A stretch of DNA of 13,384 bases from Azolla caroliniana (lineage: Eukaryota; Plantae; Polypodiophyta), in the NCBI GenBank assembly GCA_043228905.1, contig JBHGNT010000958.1, forward strand, positions 1-13,384, written 5' to 3'. Within the stretch, counting starts at the first letter, position 1. Every line of letters begins with the position of its first letter. Under the pieces are notes generated by a model that was given only the letters and a program-made list of their open reading frames with translations, did not search any database and was not told the origin of the DNA. Below are positions 8,861 through 13,384 of this stretch, in pieces. The translations under genes were made by a program, and so were the position numbers.

Positions 8861-9497
8861 TGTTAGATATAATCAATGATCAGCCCCAAGTTGTAAATCT
8901 ACCCCCATATGTGCTCTTAGAGTGCACATTTTGTGATAACGCCGCAAATGAGGAGCGGCTAGTGTGCAACTCGACCATATGGGTCGATAAGGTGTTAATC
9001 TAGGAAACCGTAGATGCGTAGGACACAATGGATTTAGGAAAGAGCGAAATAGGTAATAGGATTGGCTAATCAAGTCAACTAGGATATTTTGTGGGCAAGT
9101 TACAATGTACTTAGTCTTGAAGTATGTGCCATTGACTTCAAGATAAGTACTATCTAGCACTAGCCTATATCTAGGGAGTTAAATCATATTAAATGACAAG
9201 TCAATTGACAGAAAAGGAATATCTCCACTACTATCAACTGACATGCACATTTAATGTTACACTCAGACCAAACAGAGAATATAATCCACTCTCTTACACA
9301 ATGGTGTATTGATCATCAATCCCCACTAATTTTGTAGTGAGCTGGTCCAGATCCCATCTAAGCTGTAAGGTGTGAGCGCATGGGTGAACTACCATTGCGA
9401 GCTACTCTCATATGTAATAGAAGTTTTGTTTTCATATATCTATCTCTGTGGTTGTAACTCTATATACCTATCTAATCAATTCTCAATATTTCTAACA
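8861..9497 (+). mobile_element. Solo LTR (637 bp) of the same copia family, in the last intron, antisense to the host gene
   Basis: TGTTAGA...TCTAACA termini; 5-bp flanks AATCT (8856..8860) and AATCC (9498..9502) form a TSD with one mismatch; no adjacent PBS or polypurine tract; about 52 substitutions and 3 indels versus 1382..2014 by manual count. Confidence 0.95.
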
Positions 9498-9584
9498 AAT
9501 CCTTCATCATGATATGAATTTACAAAAATAGTTAAATGAAACCTTAAAGTTGGAATGCATATGCAAGATTTGATGGAGGAATAC

Positions 9585-9837
9585 CTTCTACTCCATGCCT
9601 GTATCTCGCCTTTCCTTACTTCATCATCGGGTTGCAGACCTCCATTTTGCCATGCAATCATTTTATCTGGGTCACCACTAGTGAGAACCCATTTCAGTAA
9701 ATATAACTCTTCGCTTTCCTTCAATTTTGCTGCCCGAATTTGTTCTTTTAACACCAAAAGAGGCTCAAAAAACCAATCAAGCATACGATCTTGTGGATCT
9801 TGTGGGCGATTATCCATGGTTACTTCAACATCATCAA
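9585..9837 (-). CDS. Membrane-protein gene exon (DDVEVTMDNRPQDPQDRMLDWFF...QAWSRR)
   Basis: Acceptor TTTTTGCAG, donor GTATTC; 253 nt; lies within ORF 9476..9925. Confidence 0.92.
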
Positions 9838-11304
9838 CTGCAAAAAATTGTGATAAGCACCATATATTGAGAATACATTTTAGAAACATGTTACATATAT
9901 ATAGAGCTTGAACTTGAGAATACATGCTGAACTTGAAATTTGAATATAGTAGGGAAAGGATGAATTTGTAGACACTGTCTCTAGAATAGGAAGATTTTAC
10001 AGAAGTATAAAGATTAATTGCAGCACTGTAACAAATAGGCCTAATTTGTTGTGCGAATCAAAGCTCCCAAAAGCACAGCCAAAACCAACAAAAAAAAGAT
10101 ATGTTCCATATCTTTAATCTTTTTGGAATTCAATAGTGGTAATATAACAATAAATGCTCTAATCTGTGTACCAAAGAAGATGTGATCTGGTAATAATCCC
10201 ATGAGAGTAGTGCTCAGGGCTTGTTCTTCCTTAACTATAATCTCAGGTGCAAAATGTCAGAATTAAGAACAAGAGCATAAATTTGGTGTACATGACTCTA
10301 CTTGCCCATTACTCCTCAGTATAACTAAGTTCATGATGCACAATCCTTTACAAGCAAATCCAAAAGAGATGAGATCAGATGAATAGAAAAAAGAGCATAA
10401 GGGGCTATGATCATCAGATATAATCGTGGGGGGCAGAAAGGATGGAAATCCAGGTTTAGAAATTCTAGTTCCAATATCCCCTTCCTGGCAATCACAGGAG
10501 TTGCATTAGTCCTGTGAGAAATGGACCAAAGGTTCCACATTTATTGTGACCAGCAGGCTTTAGTGGTGCAGTAGCATCAATCTCTTGAAGAAAGTCACCC
10601 ATGTAGATTTAAGTCCTAGATTCTCACTTCAACAGGTTCCCATCCCACGGTTCAGCCCATTTGTTATTGTATGTTAATGAATCTGACTGCTAGACTCACT
10701 GTTGGTCCTTGGACTCACTGTTTTTCAACTTGTGGCAAGTGATATTAAGCACTGATAATTGTCTCCACCAAATAGTTACTTGATGTGAAGAGCAAGTTCT
10801 TTATGTTACATTGAGCAGAAATCTGTGAGGACGGAGTTACGTGTCACTGCCAATAAGCACAAGACAGTCCTCGTCTTCAGTTTCAGGAGACTTGTTTGGA
10901 CTATATTCTAGTACTCAAATACATTTGGGATAATCTTATGAGGTTACAAAATGCATTAATATACTTAGTATAGTAATAATGAGAATATCTTCTGTGAACC
11001 ATATCCGTTCCGATTATGGGTGTTTATACTCAGTAATGAGTGTGACTTGAGTTTCTGCACTAGTATACTTACTATAGTAATGAGCACGTTTTGAGTGTAA
11101 AGTGTAGGTTTATCTCTGGATGACAGAGTTGATTGCAATCCCTTCAGTTTAAGGGTGGTTGGGGTAATTTCACTCCCTTGAGTTTATGAGTTAAGGGCAT
11201 GAACTGAAAATATAGATCAAGGTCTAAATTCATACACTACTTTGAGTGCGCATAAACGGCAACAGTGGAAAAGTACTGAAGATGATATACATTGTATATT
11301 CTAC

Positions 11305-11509
11305 CTAGAAGCAGACCAGAAACTCCAGCTTTGCCTGAACGAATGAGGTTGGTAAGAAGGGCAAATGCTGGCAATCCTACAGCAATAGTTCTGGCTTTTG
11401 CACTGTTACTTGATTTCAACCATTCTTCTAGATCTGAAATCTTGATTGCATCTTCTTGGAGAAGTACTTTCCCATTCTGTTCACATGTTTTGAATATATT
11501 GTCCCATAT
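11305..11509 (-). CDS. Membrane-protein gene exon (IWDNIFKTCE...SGLLL)
   Basis: Acceptor TTTCAG, donor GTAGAA; 205 nt; lies within ORF 11237..11635. Confidence 0.9.
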
Positions 11510-11655
11510 CTGAAAGTACATATGGTAAAGATTTGAGTTCCATGTTAAGAAAAAGCAAAAGAACATTGTAAATTTTGAAAAATCAAAGATTCTGCTTTCT
11601 ACGTATCTAATGAAAAACACATAATACAGAACCAAAGTGCATGCAATTAGATCAC

Positions 11656-11872
11656 CTGCACCATTTTGACTTCTTGTAATGTTTGCTTGAGCGATTTAGT
11701 ATATGTCCCAGACTGGATACTGCTTGTCTCTGATTCTGATCGAGAACCTATTGATGCTGAGCTTTTAGGGGTTCGGGCAGGCGATGGCAAAGGTTCCCCA
11801 TGCCATACCCACGGTGGTGGTCTGGTAGCAAAACTTTCAGTACTCTGAGCTTTGTTTTTGCGATAGTGAGGC
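11656..11872 (-). CDS. Membrane-protein gene exon (PHYRKNK...QEVKMVQ)
   Basis: Acceptor CCAG, donor GTGATC; 217 nt; lies within ORF 11647..11892. Confidence 0.9.
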
Positions 11873-12007
11873 CTGGCTGTCAGAAAAGACATACATTGCT
11901 CATAAATCTAAATTACAGGTGAAACAAAATCCAAGCTCTGATTTATGGTCTTGATTTGGAAATAACAAAATACAATTGCCAATCTATTTAAACAAAGATT
12001 GGCACAC

Positions 12008-12114
12008 CTTGGAAGGCATGACCCCTCGCGCATGTATATCAAATCATTTGTGTATTCATCAAACTGTGCAATTACAGCTACAATATAGGCTAAACCACAT
12101 TTGAAGGAGCTCTC
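12008..12114 (-). CDS. Membrane-protein gene exon (ESSFKCGLAY...EGSCLPR)
   Basis: Acceptor TTCAG, donor GTGTGC; 107 nt; lies within ORF 11908..12123. Confidence 0.92.
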
Positions 12115-12425
12115 CTGAACCAATGTAGAAAGGGAGTTAGAACTGTCAAGTAGAGCAAGATTGATCTTAAATTCAGCATTAGTTTCAATCTCAAACTCTC
12201 ATAAAAACACTACTTCATCATTGCATTTTTTAATAGAGATGTAGAAAATGTACATACAGTGTTCAATAACCATGACTTAAACATTCAGTGTAATAACTAC
12301 GGGTATCATCCAATCACTTCTTTCATATAAAAAGGAGAGCAAAGCAATATCGAAAATATCTAACCATATCTAGAAGGAATTGATGCCTTTCACAAACTAC
12401 TTTTCACAATAATAATTGGAAGTAC

Positions 12426-12714
12426 CTCGTATACAACCACAGCTCCATAGAGGCCAATGAAAACGCTTGAGAATATTGCACATACAACAGCCACCGCCAC
12501 TATTAAAGGCCACATTAACACAGCTAGTCCAGCAACTGGCACACATACTGTCTCCAAAAAAGGGCCTTCCCGCCCAACAAGATCTTGCAACAATCTTCTC
12601 CATCCTCTAAGAAGCATGTATGGGCTTTTGGCAACTGCAATAGAAGTAATGAATGGTACATCGACTAACACACCAACTGCTCCAACCAGAACGCATCCTG
12701 GAAGGTCTAACACC
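12426..12714 (-). CDS. Membrane-protein gene exon (VLDLPGCVL...GAVVVYE)
   Basis: Acceptor CAG, donor GTACTT; 289 nt; lies within ORF 12390..12725. Confidence 0.92.
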
Positions 12715-12797
12715 CTGTGTAACATTATAAAGAATTATTCATATATTACAATGGCCCATCAGATCATATATTCGACAACTAAAGAAAAACCACTCAC

Positions 12798-12934
12798 TTG
12801 ATCTCATAAGGCTGAGAATCTGGAGAGGGATCCTTACAGAAGTCCTTTAAAGAGGAAAAATAAGAATGATAACAGAAGTCCGTAAAGTCACGAACTACCG
12901 TACAACTCCCTTTGATGGTATCCCAAACACCATC
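12798..12934 (-). CDS. Membrane-protein gene exon (DGVWDTIKGSCTVVRDF...QPYEI)
   Basis: Acceptor TGCAG, donor GTGAGT; 137 nt with phase consistent with its neighbours. Not in the ORF track. Confidence 0.9.
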
Positions 12935-13166
12935 CTGCATGGATACTACACGACATTAGCAAAATTAGAGTAAGTATTGTACAAAATGCATGGGTAACAT
13001 CTGAATTAACAAACTTCTACCGAATATAACAAGTCACACTTTCTACAAATTTAATATAAATTGGACATAACAAAGATACACTCCAACTCACAGCAGCAGA
13101 ATATCAAACAAATATATACATATGTATTGAGCACAAATAACAGGGTCATGATACTTGATAGCATAC

Positions 13167-13359
13167 CAAAAAACAATGATATACTTTGTTCTGTCGACCT
13201 TCCCTAACTGCCTCAAACGTTGCTACTAACGGTGTGAAAAAACCATACCCCGAACCGACAAGCACACTACCAGTAATTCCAAATACCAGTAGTAGAAAAA
13301 AAGGGATGGGTAAGAGAAGACCCAACACAACCTTCAATACTGGTCCCAGCTTCTTCGTC
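13167..13359 (-). CDS. Membrane-protein gene, first exon in window (TKKLGPVLKVV...NKVYHCFL)
   Basis: Acceptor CAG ending at 13360, donor GTATGC starting at 13166; hydrophobic, family-typical peptide. Confidence 0.9.
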
Positions 13360-13384
13360 CTGTGACAATATAGAATCCCAATTT

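Larger units (their letters stand above)
7561..13359 (-). other. Spliced gene (5'-partial, 8 coding exons, about 565 aa in window) encoding an uncharacterized multi-pass membrane protein of the At3g27390/At4g37030 family
   Basis: Eight exons joined by GT-AG introns with consistent phases. Family motifs recalled from plant homologues include GYGFFTPLVATFEAV, TIKGSCTVVRDFTDFCYHSYFS, KSPYMLLRGW..L..DLVGREGPFLETVCVP, FDEYTNDLIYMREGSCLPRPHYRK, DWFFEPLLVLKEQI and SRLPTFRRR. Confidence 0.92.

Noticed and set aside
8873-9160. 95-aa ORF in the solo LTR as a duplicated gene
   Set aside because: It is only the LTR copy of 1625..2002, truncated by a stop, with a near-neutral substitution pattern.
10492-10517. 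8-bp hairpin TCACAGGA/TCCTGTGA
   Set aside because: Isolated and of a length plausible by chance in 13 kb.
9555-12801. Plus-strand ORFs 9555..9911, 11292..11513, 11666..11848 and 12457..12801
   Set aside because: Antisense shadows of real minus-strand exons.
1-13384. CRISPR arrays, operons, or other prokaryotic or viral systems
   Set aside because: The sequence is intron-containing plant DNA; no regularly spaced repeat-spacer array or such genes were seen.

Overview
Land-plant nuclear genomic DNA (spliceosomal introns, dense transposable elements). The right half holds the last eight coding exons of a minus-strand gene for an uncharacterized membrane protein of the At3g27390/At4g37030 family (7561..13359; the 5' end lies beyond the window). 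The left end is the 5' part of a minus-strand Ty1/copia retrotransposon: 5' LTR 1382..2014, tRNA-iMet PBS, and an uninterrupted gag-protease ORF running off the window. A solo LTR of the same family (8861..9497, roughly 91-92% identical by manual count) sits in the opposite orientation in the gene's last intron. Between them lie a young Mutator-type MITE with a 9-bp TSD (2470..2764), a decayed LINE reverse-transcriptase remnant (about 4897..5716), an older degenerate foldback element (6809..6995) and an unexplained CpG-rich, self-complementary ~190-bp island (6581..6790). No new multi-gene system is demonstrable from sequence alone. The best leads are the structured island, a long hairpin inside the LTR, the inverted LTR pair around the last exon, and two oddities of the host protein (a 9-bp in-frame duplication and a CaaX-like end). 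All counts and alignments were done by eye.
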